A stretch of 64,000 nucleotides of DNA. Source: Squalus acanthias (lineage: Eukaryota). Position 1 is the stretch's first letter; each line of letters begins with the position of its first letter. Location of the stretch: positions 6,386,001-6,450,000 of the forward strand of contig CM059452.1 in NCBI GenBank assembly GCA_030390025.1, given 5' to 3'. The translations under genes and the position numbers were made by a program. Of the stretch, positions 39,001 through 51,600 are shown in pieces. A model generated the notes under the pieces. The model was not told the DNA's origin. It ran no database searches and saw only the letters and a list, made by a program, of their open reading frames with translations.

Positions 39001-40190
39001 AGAGGGAGCTTTTCTCTGTATCTGAAACGTGCTCTACCTGGCCTGCGAGTGTTTGATGGGAGAATGTAGAGGGAGCTTAACTTTGTATCTAACCCATGCT
39101 GTAGCTGCCCTGGGAGTGTTTGATAGGAAAATGTAGAGCGATCTTTACTCTGTATCTAATCTGTGCTGTGCCTGTCCTGGCAGTGTTTGTTGGGACAGTG
39201 TAGAGGGAGCTTTACTCTGTTTCTAACCCGTGCTGTGCGTGCCCTGGGAATGAGTGATGGGACAATGTTGAGGGAGATTTACTCTGTATCTAACCGGTGC
39301 TGTGCCTACCCTGGGAATGTTGGATGGAACAGTGTAGAGGGAACTTTACTCTGAATTTAACCCGTGCTGTACCTGCCCCGGAAATTTTTGATGGGACAGT
39401 GTAGAGACAGCTTAACTCTTTATCTAACGCATGCTCTGCCTGCGCTGGGATTGTTAGAACGGAAAGTGTAGAGAGAGCTTTACTCTGTATTTAACCTGTG
39501 CTGTACCTGGCCTGGGAGTGTTTTGTGGGACTGTGTGGAGGGAGCTTTACTCTGTATCTAAACCGTGCTGTACCTGCCCTGGGAGTGTTTGATGGGACAG
39601 TGTAGAGTGAGCTTTACTCTGTATCTAACCTGAGTTGTACCTGGCCTGGGAATGTTTTGTGGGACTGTGTGGAGGGAGCTTTACTCTGTATCTAAACCGT
39701 GCTGTACCTGGCCTGGGAGTGTTTGATGGGACAGTGTAGAGGGAGCTTTGCTTTATATTTAACCCGTGCTGTACCTGCCCTTGGGGTGTTTGATGGGACA
39801 GTGCAGAGGGAGCTTTAATCTGTATCTAACCCGTGCTGTAGCTGCCGTTGGAGTGATTGATGGGACAGTGTAGAGGGAGCTTCACTCTGTATCTAACCCT
39901 TGCAGTAGCTGACCTGGGATTGTTTGTTTAAACAGTGTAGAGGGAGCTTTAGTCTGCATCGACCTGTACTTTACCTGCACTGGGAGTGTTTGATGGGACA
40001 GTGTAGAGGGAGCTTTACTTTGTATCGAACCCTGTGTGATTGGACAGTGTAGGGAGAGCTTTATTCTATATCTAATCAGTGCTGGACCTGAACTGGGAGT
40101 GTTTGATCTTATACTGTAGAGGGAGCATCACTCTGCATTTAACGTGTGCTGTACCTGCCTTTGGAGTGTTGGATGGGAGAGTGTAGAGGG
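36040..40190. repeat. 67-bp satellite array
   Basis: Same 67-bp unit. Confidence 0.95.
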
Positions 40191-41309
40191 AATTGATGGG
40201 CCGAATGGCCACCATCTGTGCCCTTATGACTGTATGAATCTATGACTCTATAACAGCAGTGGAGTTCTCCCTGGTATGGTGCTGAATATTTATCCCTCTA
40301 CCAAAATCACTAAACACAGATATTTTGGTCAATATCGCCTTGCTGTGTGTGGGAGCTTACTGTGCGCAAATTTGCTGCAGCATTTCCTACTTTACAACAG
40401 TGACTATACTTCCAAAGTTCTTCATTGTCTGTAAAGCGCTTTGGGACGTCCTGAGGCAGTGAAAGGCGCTATATAAATGCAAGTTCTTTCTAAATGACAA
40501 CATTTCAATGGGTTGAAGCTTCCGCTAAATGGACATCCAGTGGATCACCAGCCTGTTCACAGATGTCCCATTGATTTCAGCAGCAGAACTTTCAGAACTG
40601 AATTATTAATTTTAATATTTTTTCCTCTGTTATAAATCATATCTGTTTTCATTGAACAAAAGTGAAGCCAACGTCACTGTTCAAGATATTTCTACTCATT
40701 TTGTACCAACTGTCAATATTCTTAAAATAAACCCTTGTTGTGAGTTGAAACGAATCATTAAGTGACTTTGTTGATCTGGTTTTGCTGCCATGAACACTTC
40801 ATGGAAACCAGTGAGGCGGTTATGTAAATAAACACAGAAATAGAAGTCCCAGATTAGAGTATTGAGCGACAGAAACACAATAAATGTTTCCCCATCAACA
40901 CAGAACAGAAATAAAGAGAGAAATGCAAATGTCTCACCGATTCCAGCAACAATTGTTTTTGGGACATTTCTCTAAGTTATAGGAGAATAAAGTAAAGATG
41001 ATATCCATGTTCAGAATGGGGAAAGATTCCCACAAGTCACCGTACATAGTGACATCACAAATGTGTGTGAGGAGATTTCCTGTATCCTCTCCCTCTCTGC
41101 CTCTCTCTCCTATTTCCACCTTCTGTCTTGACTCTCAAGAATGGATCATTGTCGTTACCCCAAAACAAGATGTCAACCTCTTACAAAAGTTTTCCCACAG
41201 CCCTATTCATAGGCCTCGAACCAAATTGATTGGAGTGCGCAGAGGGAGATTTAATCTAAAATGTAACCTACACATGAGATAAACTGGGAATGTTTGAAGG
41301 GACATTGTA
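40191..41309. repeat. Unit B, copy 3
   Basis: Same structure as copy 2. Confidence 0.93.
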
Positions 41310-41997
41310 CATAAGAACATAAGAACATAAGAAATAGGAGCAGGAGTAGGCCAATCGGCCCCTCGAGCCTGCTCCGCCATTCAATAAGATCATGGCTGAT
41401 CTGATCCTAACCTCAACTCTAAAGAACACAAGAAGTAGGAGCAGGACCAGGCCACTCAGCCCCTGGGCCCGCTCCGCCACCCACAGGGCCTTGACCGATC
41501 CGAACTCAGCCTCATGTCCAATTTTCTGCCCGCTCCCCGTAACCCCTAATTTCCTTTACTTCCAGGAAACTGTCGATTTCTGTTTTAAATTTATTTAATG
41601 ATGTAGCTTCCACAGCTTCCTGGGGCAGCAAATTCCACAGACCTACTACCCTCTGGGTGAAGAAGTTTCTCCTCATCTCAGTTTTGAAAGAGCAGCCCCT
41701 TATTCTAAGATTATGCCCCCTAGTTCTAGTTTCACCCATCCTTGGGAACATCCTTACCGCATCCACCCGATCAAGCCCCTTCACAATCTTATATGTTTCA
41801 ATAAGATCGCCTCTCATTCTTCTGAACTCCAATGAGTAGAGTCCCAATCTACTCAACCTCTCCTCATATGTCCACCCCCTCATCCCCGGGATTAACCGAG
41901 TGAACCTTCTTTGTACTGCCTCGAGAACAAGTATGTCTTTTCTTAAATATGGACACCAAAACTGTATGCAGTATTCCAGGTGCGGTCTCACCAATAC

Positions 41998-43001
41998 AGG
42001 CAGTCCATTCCACACCCCAACCACTCTCTGAGTAAAGAATCTACCTCGGACATCCCTTCTATATCTCCCCCCATGCACCTTATAGTTATGCCCCCTTGTA
42101 ACAGCTGCCTCTACCCGAGGAAATAGTCTCTGAACATCCACTCTATCTATCCCCCTCATCATCTTATAAACCTCTATTAAGTCGCCTCTCATCCTCCTCC
42201 GCTCTAAAGAGAAAAGCCCCAACTCCCTCAATCTTTCCTCATAAGACCTCCCCCCCAAACCAGGCAGCATCCTGGTAAATCTCCTTTGCACTCTTTCCAA
42301 TGCTTCCACGTCCTTCCTATAGTGAGGTGACCAGAACTGCACACAATATTCCAAATGTGGTCTCACCAAGGTCCTGTACAGTTGCAGCATAACCTCACGG
42401 TTCTTAAACTCAAACCCCTTGTTAATAAACGCCAACACACCATAGGCCTTCTTTACTGCTCTATCCACTTGAGTGGCAACCTTCAGAGATCTGTGGATAT
42501 GAACCCCCAGATCCCTCTGCTCCTCCACATTCCTCAGAACCCTGCCGTTGACCCTGTAATCCTTATTCAAATTTGCCCTACCAAAATGAATCACCTCGCA
42601 CTTATCAGGGTTAAATTCCATCTGCCATTTTTCGGCCCAGCTCTGCATCCTATCAATGTCTCTTTGCAGCCTACAACTGCCCTCCACCTCATCCACTACT
42701 CCACCAATCTTGGTGTCATCAGCAAATTTACTGATCCACCCTTCAGTCCCCTCCTCCAAGTCATTGATAAAAATCACAAACAGCAGAGGACCCAGCACCG
42801 ACCCCTGTGGCACACCGCTGGTAACTGGTCTCCAGTCCGAAAATGTTCCATCCACCACCACCCTCTGCCTTCTATGAGATAGCCAGTTACTTATCCAATC
42901 GGCCAAATTTCCCTCTATCCCACAACTCCTTACTTTCTTCATGAGACGACCATGGGGAACCTTATCAAACGCCTTACTAAAATCCATGTATACGACATCT
43001 A
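41998..43001 (-). mobile_element. Tail-less CR1 fragment of another subfamily nested in the host CR1
   Basis: ORF 41512-42987 contains the C-terminal block (LVRPHLEYC...FFTQRVV) twice. The host resumes at ~43000. Confidence 0.85.
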
Positions 43002-43182
43002 TATAACTGCAGCAATACCTCCCTGTTTTTATAATCTATTCCCCTAGCAATAAAAGCCAACATTCCGTTGGCCTTCTTGATCACCTGCTGCACCTGCATA
43101 CTAACTTTTTGATTTTCTTGCACTAGGACCCCCAGATCCCTTTGTACTGCAGTACTTTCCAGTTTCTCGCCATTAAGATAAT

Positions 43183-43923
43183 GGCCCAAAAATTAGTGAG
43201 GGAGCCTTCGTGCGGGGGTAAGGCTTCCCCGCGATATCTCACTGCGCGCCGGCTTTTTCATTCCCAGCTCGCACGAACTTGATTTTCTGGACAGCAGCTG
43301 GGCAGTGCTTGCGTATCCCACAGGCGCAGTTAATTCGTGCGAGCTGTGGGATCACGTGATTCAGTTAGAGCCAATGGCAGCACACCATCTTTCATTCATA
43401 GTTTTCACAACAAGTGCTGTGAAAGCTATGAATCTATACCCCCCAAAAGAACAGCTAAACCTCAATTAAATTTTAAAAAACCCATCACATTAATAAAATA
43501 AGTATAGTTAAATAAATTAACCACTTTAAACAAAAAATTAAATTTTTGAAAAAATTTAAAATCTTTTAAAAAGTTATAAAAATAAACTTACCTTTCTTTA
43601 AAGTCTCTAAAAAAGATATACCTGTTGAAAAAAATTCAAAATAATACTTAATTAACTACTTACCTTGTTAAAAGAGGGTCTGACGCCTCCTTTCTTTATG
43701 TGCAAAATCTTCCATGCTTACCTGCGCGTTCAAAGCACTAAGTGCACTGCGTGCGCGCAGCCTGTAGCGCGCACGCCGTTCACTTAGGAACCGCCCCCTT
43801 TTGAAATCACCAAGTGCCGGTTTTCAGCGCATGCGCAGTGCATGCAGAAAACCGGCAATTGGAGACAGAATACGCGAGAGTACACAGTGCGTACTCTCGC
43901 GTAGAGGCACTAATTTTTGGGCC
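43183..43923. mobile_element. PIF/Harbinger-like MITE
   Basis: Perfect 16-bp TIRs ggcccaaaaattagtg / cactaatttttgggcc and 3-bp TSD AAT. Removing it restores the CR1 sequence. Confidence 0.9.
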
Positions 43924-45641
43924 AATAACTTGCTCTCTGATTTTTCCTGCCAAAGTGTATAACCTCACATTTTCCAATATTGTATTGCATCTGCCAAATC
44001 TCCGCCCACTCACCCAGCCTGTCTATATCCCCTTGTAGGTTTTTTATGTCCTCCTCAATTTCTACTTTCCCTCCCATCTTTGTATCATCTGCAAACTTTG
44101 ATATGTTACACTCGGTCCCCTCCTCCAAATCGTTAATATAGATGGCAAAGAGTTGGGGACCCAGCACCGACCCCTGCGGAACACCACTGGCTACTGGTTG
44201 CCAGTCTGAGAATGAACCATTTATCCCAACTCTCTGCTTCCTGTTAGATAACCAATCCTCCACCCATGCCAGAATATTACCCCCAATCCAGTGATTTTTT
44301 ATCTTGAGCAATAATCTTTTATGTGGCACCTTGTCGAATGCCTTCTGGAAGTCTAAATACACTACGTCCACTGGTTCCCCTTTATCCACCCTGTACGTTA
44401 TGTCCTCAAAGAACTCAAGCAAATTTGTCAGACATGACTTCCCCTTCATAAAGCCATGCTGACTTTGTCCTATTAAATTATGTTTATCTAAATGTTCCGT
44501 TACTGTCCAGTGTTGGGATATTCTTAGTGTCCTCTACCGTAAAGACTGAAACAAAATATTTGTTCAGCATTTTTGCCATCTCCATGTTTCCCACCATTAA
44601 TTTCCCGGTCTCATCCTCTAAGGGACCTAAGTTTGCCTTAGCCACCCTTTTTCTTTTTATATAACTATAAAAACTCTTGCTCTTGTTTTTATATTTTTTG
44701 CTAATTTATTTTCATAATCTATCTTCCCTTTCTTAATCAATCCTTTAGTTACTTTTTGCTGTCTTTTGAAGACTTTCCAATCTTCTATCCTCCCACTAAG
44801 TTTGGCTACCTTATATGTCCTTGTTTTTAGTCGGATACTATCCTTAATTTCTTTACTTAGCCACGGATGGCTGTCATTTCTTTTACATCCTTTTTTCCTC
44901 AGTGGAATATATATTTTTTGAAAGTTGTAAAATAACTCCTTAAATGAACACCACTGCTCATGTACCGTCTTACCCTTTAATCTATTTTCCCAGTCCACTT
45001 TAATCAATTCCGCTCTCATACCATCATAGTCTCCTTTATTCAAGCTCAGTACGCTTGTTTGAGAACCAACCTTCTCACCCTCTAATTGGATATGGAATTC
45101 AACCATGTTATGGTCACTCATTCCAAGGGGATCCTTAACTAGGACATTATTAATTAATCCTGACTCATTACACAGGACCAGGTCCAAGGTTGCTTGCCCC
45201 CTTGATTGGATCAGTTACACACTGCTCAAGAAATCCATCCCTAATACACTCAATAAACCCTTCCTCAAGGCTGCCCTGCCCAATTTGATTTGTCCAGTTA
45301 ATATGATAGTAAAAATCCCCCATAATTATAGCTGTTCCCTTATTACATGCCCCAACTATTTCCTGATTAATACTTCTTCCAGCAGAGTTGCAATTATTAG
45401 GAGGCCTATATACTACTCCCACTAGTGTTTTTTTCCCCTTATTATTTCTTATCTCCACCCAAACTGTTTCATTATCCTGATCCTTTGACCCAATATCATT
45501 TCTCTGTATTACAGTGATTCATTCCTTTATTAACATAGCCACCCCACCTCCCCTTCCTTCCTGCCTGTCCTTCCTGATTGTTAAATAACCTTGCATATTT
45601 AATTCCCAGTCGTTGTCACCCTGCAGCCATGTTTCTGTAAT

Positions 45642-47565
45642 GTGCTGAACCTGCCCTGGGAGTGTTTGATAGGACAGTGTAGAGGGAGCTTTACTGTGTA
45701 GCTAAGTCGTGCTGTCCCAGCCCTTGGAGTGTTTGATGGGACAGTGTAGAGGGAGCTTTTCTTTGTATCAGATCCGTGCTGTACCCGCCCTGGGAGTGTT
45801 TGATGGGACAGTGCAGAGGGAGCTTTACTCTGTATCTAACCCGTGCTGTACCTGCCCTGGGAGTGTTTGATGGGAAAGTGCAGAGGGAGCTTTACTTTAT
45901 ACCAAACCCGTTCTCTACCTGCCTTGGGAGTGTTTAATGGGACAGTGTAGATGGAGCTTTACTCTGTATCTAAACCGTGCTGTACCTGGCCTGGGAGCGT
46001 TTGATGGGACAGTGTAGATGGAGCTTTATTCTGTATCTAAACCCTGGTATACCTGTCCTGGGAGTGTTTGATTGGACAGTGTAGAGGGAGATTTACACTG
46101 TATCTCACCCATGCTGCCCCTGCCCTGGGTGTATGATTTGGGGCAGTGTAGATAGAGCTTTACTCTGTAGCTAACCCGTGCTGTCCCTGCCCTGGGAGTG
46201 TTTGATGGGACAGTGAAGATGGAGCTTTACTCTATATCTAAACCGTGCTATACCTGGCCTGGTAGTGTTTGAAGGGTCAGTGTAGAGGGAGCTTTACTCT
46301 GTATCTAAGCCGTGCTGTGCCTGCCCTGGGAGTGTTTGATGCTACATTGTAGAGGGAGCTTTACTCTGCATCTAACTCATGTTGTCGCTGCCCTGAGTGT
46401 GTGTGATGGGAGAGTGTAGAGGGAACTTTACTTTTTATCTAAGACGTGCTGGACCTGCCCTGGCAGTGTTTTTTGGGGCAGAGTAGAGGGCGGTTTACTC
46501 TGTATCTAACCTGTAATTTACCGTTCCCTGGGAGTGTTTGATGGGTAAGAGTAGAGGGAGCTTTACTCTTTATCTAACCCATGCTGTACCTGCACTGGGA
46601 GACTCTGATGCGACAGTGTAGAGGGAGCTTTATTCTCTATCTAAACTGTACTGTACCTTGCCTGGGAGTATTGATGGGACACTTTAGAGGGAGAGTTACA
46701 CTTTATCTAATCCGTGCTGCACTTGCCCTGGGAGTGTGTGATGGGACATTGTAGAGGGAGCTTTACTTTGTACCTAATCCGGGCTATACCTGCCTGGGAG
46801 TGTTTGATCGGACATTGTAGAGTGAGCTTTACTTTGCATCTTACCAGTGCTGTACCCGCCCTGGGAGTGTTTGATGTGACAATGTAGATGGTACTTTACT
46901 CTGTATCTAAACCGTGCTATACCTGGCCTGGGAGTGTTTGATTGGACAGTGTACGGGGAAATTTAATCTGTATCTTACCTGCACTGTACCTGCCCTGGGA
47001 GTGTTTTATGGGGCAGTGTAGTGTGAGATTTACACTGTATCTAACCCATGCTGTTCCTGCCCTGGGAGTGTGTGATTTGGGACAGTGCAGAGGGAGCTTC
47101 ACTCTGTATCTAACCTTTACTGTACCTGCCCTGGGAGTGTTTGATGGGGCAGTGTAGAGGGAGATATAATCTGTATCTAACCAGCACTGTGCCTGCCCTG
47201 GGAGTGTTTGATGGGGCAGTGTAGAGGGAGATTTACTCTGTATCTAAACCGTGCTATACCTGTCCTGGGAGTGTTTGATGAAACAGTGATGAGGGAGCTT
47301 TAATCTGTATCTAACCTGCACTGTACCTGCCCTGGGAGTGTTTGATCAGACAGTGTAGAGGGAGCTTTACTCTTTATCTAACCTGTGCTGTGCCTGCCCT
47401 GGCAGTCTTTGATGGGACAGTGTAGAGGGAGCTTTACACTGTATCTAACCCATGCTGTCCCTGCCCTGAGTTCGTGTGATGGTACAGTGTAGAGAGAGCT
47501 TTATTCTATATCTAATCCGTGCTGTACCTGCCCTGGGAGTGTTGAATGGGAGAGTGTCGAGGGTG
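45642..47565. repeat. 67-bp satellite array
   Basis: Same 67-bp unit. Confidence 0.95.
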
Positions 47566-48660
47566 TTGATGTGCCGAATGGCCTCCTTCTGTGCCGTTAT
47601 GTCTGTATGAAGCTATGACTCTATAACAGCAGGGGTGTTCGCCCTGGTATGTTGCTGATTATTTATCCCTCAAAAAAAATCACTAAACACAGATGTTTTG
47701 GTCAATATCGCCTTACTGTTTGTGGGATCTTGCTGTGCGCAATTTGGCTGCAGCATTTCCTACTTTACAACAGTGACTATACTTCCAAAGTTCTTCATTG
47801 ACTGTAAAGCGCTTTGGGACGTCCTGAGGCAGTGAAAGGCGCGATATAAATGGAAGATCTTTCTAAATGACATAATTTTAATGGGTTGAAGCTTCCACTA
47901 AATGGACATCCAGTGGATCACCAGCCTGTTCACAGATGTCCATTGATTTCGGCAGCAGAACTTTCAGAACTGAATTATTAATTTTAATATTCTTTCCTCT
48001 GTTATAAAATCACATCTGTTTTAATTGAACAAAACAGAGTTCAACGTCTCTGTTCGAGATATTTCGGTTCATTTTGTACGAAATGTCAATATTCTTAAAA
48101 TAAACCCTTGTTATGAGTTGAAACGAATCAATAAGTGACTTTGTTGATCTGGTTTTGCTGCAATGAACACTTCATGGAAACCAGTGAGGCGGTTATGTAA
48201 ATAAACACAGAAATAGAAGTCCCAGATTAGAGTATTGAGCGACAGAAATACAATAAATATTTCCCCACCAACACAGAACAGAAATAAAGAGAGAAATGCA
48301 AATGTCTGAACGGATTCCAGCAACAATTGTTTTTGAGACATTTCTCTAAGTTATAGGAGAATAAAGTAAAGATGATATCCATGTTCAGAATGGGGAAAGA
48401 TTCCCACAAGTCACCGTACATAGTGACATCACAAATGTGTGTGTGGAGATTTCCTGTATCCTCTCCCTCTCTGCCTCTCTCTCCTATTTCCACCTTGTGT
48501 CTTGCCTCTCAAGAATGGATCATTGTCTTTACTCCAAAGCAAGATGACAACGTCTGACAAAAGTGATCCCTCAACCCTATTCATAGGCCTCGAACCAAAT
48601 TGATTGGAGTGCGCAGAGGGAGCTTTAATATAAAATGTAACCTGTACATTAGATAAACTG
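47566..48660. repeat. Unit B, copy 4
   Basis: Same structure as copies 2 and 3. Confidence 0.93.
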
Positions 48661-51600
48661 GGAATGTTTGATGGGACAGTGTAGAGGGAGCTTTACCCTG
48701 TATCTGCACTGGGAGTGTTTGATGGGACTGTGTAGAGGGAGATTAACTCTGTATCTAACCCGTGCTGTACCTGCCCTGGGAGTGTTTGATGCAAAAGTGT
48801 AGAGGGAGCTTTACTCTGTATCTAACCTTTGCCGTCCCTGCCCTGGGAGTGTTTGATGGGACAGTGTTGAGGGAGCTTTATTCTGTATCTAACCAGTGCT
48901 GTACCTGCCCTGGTAGTGTTTGATGGGACATTGTAAAGGAAGCTTTACTCTGTATCTAATCCGCGCTGTACCTGCCCTGGGAGTGTTTGATGGGTCAGTG
49001 TAGAAGGAGCTTTACTCTGTATTTAACCTGTACTGCACCTGCCCTGGGTGTGTTTGATGGGACTGTGTAAAGGAAGTTTTACTCTCTATCGAATCCGTGC
49101 TGTCCCTGCCCTGGTTATGTTTGATGGGACAGTGTAGAGCGAGCTTTACTCTCTATCGAACACGCGCTGTCTCTGCCCTGGGAATGTGTGATGGGGCAGT
49201 GTAGAGGGAGCTTTATTGTGTCTCTAACCAGTGCTGTACCTTTCGTGGGAGTTTTTGATGGGACAGTGTAGAGGGAGCTTTACTCTGTATAAAACCCTTG
49301 CAGTGCCTGCCCTGAGTATTTTTGATGGGACAGTTTCGAGGGTGCTTTACTCTGTATCAAACCCTTGCTGGCCTTGTCCTGGGAATGTGTGATGGGACAG
49401 CGTAGAGGCAGCTTTATTCTGTAGCTAACCCGTGCTGTCCCTGCCCTGGGACTGTGCGATGGGAGAGTGTAGAGGGAGCTTTACTCTGTATGTAACCCAT
49501 GCAGTGCCTGCACTGAGAGTTTTTGATGGGACAGTTTAGAGGGAGCTTTACTCTGTATCTAATCCGTGCTGAAACTGCACTGGGAGTGTTTGATGGGACA
49601 GTGTAGAGGGAGCTTAACTCGGTATCTAATCCGTGCAGAACCTGCCCTGGGAGTGTTTGAGGGGAAGTGTAGAGGGAGCTTTACTCTGTATCTAACATGT
49701 GCAGGACCTGCCCTGGGAGTGTTTGATGGGACAGTTTCGTGTGAGCTTTACTCTGTATATAACCCATGCTGTACCTGCCCAGTGAATGTTTGATGCGACA
49801 GTGTAGAGGGAGCAATCCTCTGTATCTAACACATGCAGTACCATCCCTGGAAGTGTTTGATGGGACAGTGTAGAAGGAGCTTTACTCTGTATCTAACCTG
49901 TACTGCACCTGCCCTGGGAGTGGTTGATGGGAAAGTGTAGAGCGAGATTTACTCTGTATCTAACCCGTGCTGTCCCTGCCCTGGGAGTGTTTTATGGGTC
50001 ACTGTCGAAGGAGCTTTATTCTGGATCTTACCAGTGCTGTACCTTCCGTGGAAGCGTTTGCTGGGACAGTGTAGAGGGAGCTTTACTCTGTATCTAACCC
50101 GTGCTGTCCCTGCCCTGGGAGTGTTTGATGGGACAGTGTAGAGGGAGCTTTACTCTGTATATAACCCGTGCTGTACCTGCCCTGGGAGTGTTTGATGGGG
50201 ACAGTGTAGAGGGAGCTTTACTCTGTATCTAATCTGTGCTGTATCTGCCCTGGGTGTGTTTGATGGGACAGTGTAAAGGAAGCTTGTCACTGTATCTAAT
50301 CCATGCTGAACCTGTCCTGAGAGTATTTGACGCGACAATGTAGAGGAAGCTTTATTCTGCATCAAACACATGCTGTACTTGCCCTGGGAGTGTTTGCTGG
50401 AACAGTGTAGAGGGAGCATTACTCTGCATCTAACATGTGCAGAACCTGCCCTGGGAGTGTTTGATGGGACAGTTTAGTGTGAGCTTTGCTCTGTAACTAA
50501 CCCGTGCTGTAGTTTCCCTGGGTATGGGTGATGGGACAGTTTAGAGGGAGCATTCCTCTGTATAAACACATGCAGTACCTTCCCTGGGAGTGTTTGATGG
50601 GACAGCGTAGAGGTTAATTTTCTCTGTATCTAACCTGTACTGCACCTCCCCTGGGAGTGTTTGATGGGAAAGTGTAGAAGGAGATTTACTCTGTATCTAA
50701 CCCGTGCTGTACCTGCCCTGGGAGTGTTTGATTGGACAGCGTAGAGGGATCTTTACTTTGTATCTAACCTGTACTGCACCTGCCCTGGGAGTGTTTGATA
50801 GGAAAGTGTAGAGCGAGATTTACTCTGTATCTAACCCGAGCTGTCCCTGCCCTGGTTGTGGGTGATGGGACATTTTAGAGGGAGCTTTAATCTGTATCTA
50901 ACACTTGCTGTCCCTGCCCTGGGACTGTGTGATGGGACAGTGTAGAGGGAGCTTTTATTTGTATCTAACCCGTGCTGTACCTGCCCTGGGAATGTGTGAT
51001 GGGACAGTGTAGAGGGAGATTTATTCTATATCTAATCCGTGTTGTACCTTCACTGGGCGCGTTTGATGGGACATTGTAAAGGAAGCTTTACTCCGTATCT
51101 AATCCGGGCAGTTCCTGCCCTGGGATTGTTTTATGGGTCAGTGTCGAGGGAGCATTATTCTGTATCTAACCTGTGCTGTACCTGCCGTGGGAGCGTTTGA
51201 TTGGTCAGTGTAGAGTGAGCTTTACTCTGTATCGAACCCGTGCTGTACCTGCCCTGTGAATGTTTGATGGGACAATGTAGAGGGAGCTTTACTCTGTATC
51301 TAAACCGTGCTGTAACACCCCTGGGAGTGTTTGATGGGACAGTGCAGAGGGAGCTTTACTCTGTATCTAACCTGTGCTGTACCTGCCCTGGGAGTATTTG
51401 ATGTGACAATGTAGAAGTAGCTTTACTTAAATGTAACCCGTGCTGTACCCGCCCTGAGAGTATTGCTGGGACTGTGTAGATGGAGATTTAGCCTATATCT
51501 GACCCGTTCTGTGCCTGCCTTGGTAATGTTTGACGGGACAGTGTAGAGGGAGAAATACTCAGTATCTAACCCGGCCTGTACCAGCTCTGGGAGTGTTTGA

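Larger units (their letters stand above)
41310..45641 (-). mobile_element. CR1 LINE inserted in the 67-bp array; carries a nested CR1 fragment, a MITE and an internal deletion (~44506)
   Basis: (aacataag)n tail. Minus ORFs with GVVYRPPN (APE), DFQKAFDKVPH, SKFADDTK and RRMRGDLIETYK. Confidence 0.93.

Noticed and set aside
43883-43889. CACAGTG in the MITE hairpin loop (possible Transib/RAG-transposon link)
   Set aside because: It is internal rather than terminal, has no nonamer, and the 3-bp TSD and GGC termini fit Harbinger rather than Transib (5-bp TSD).
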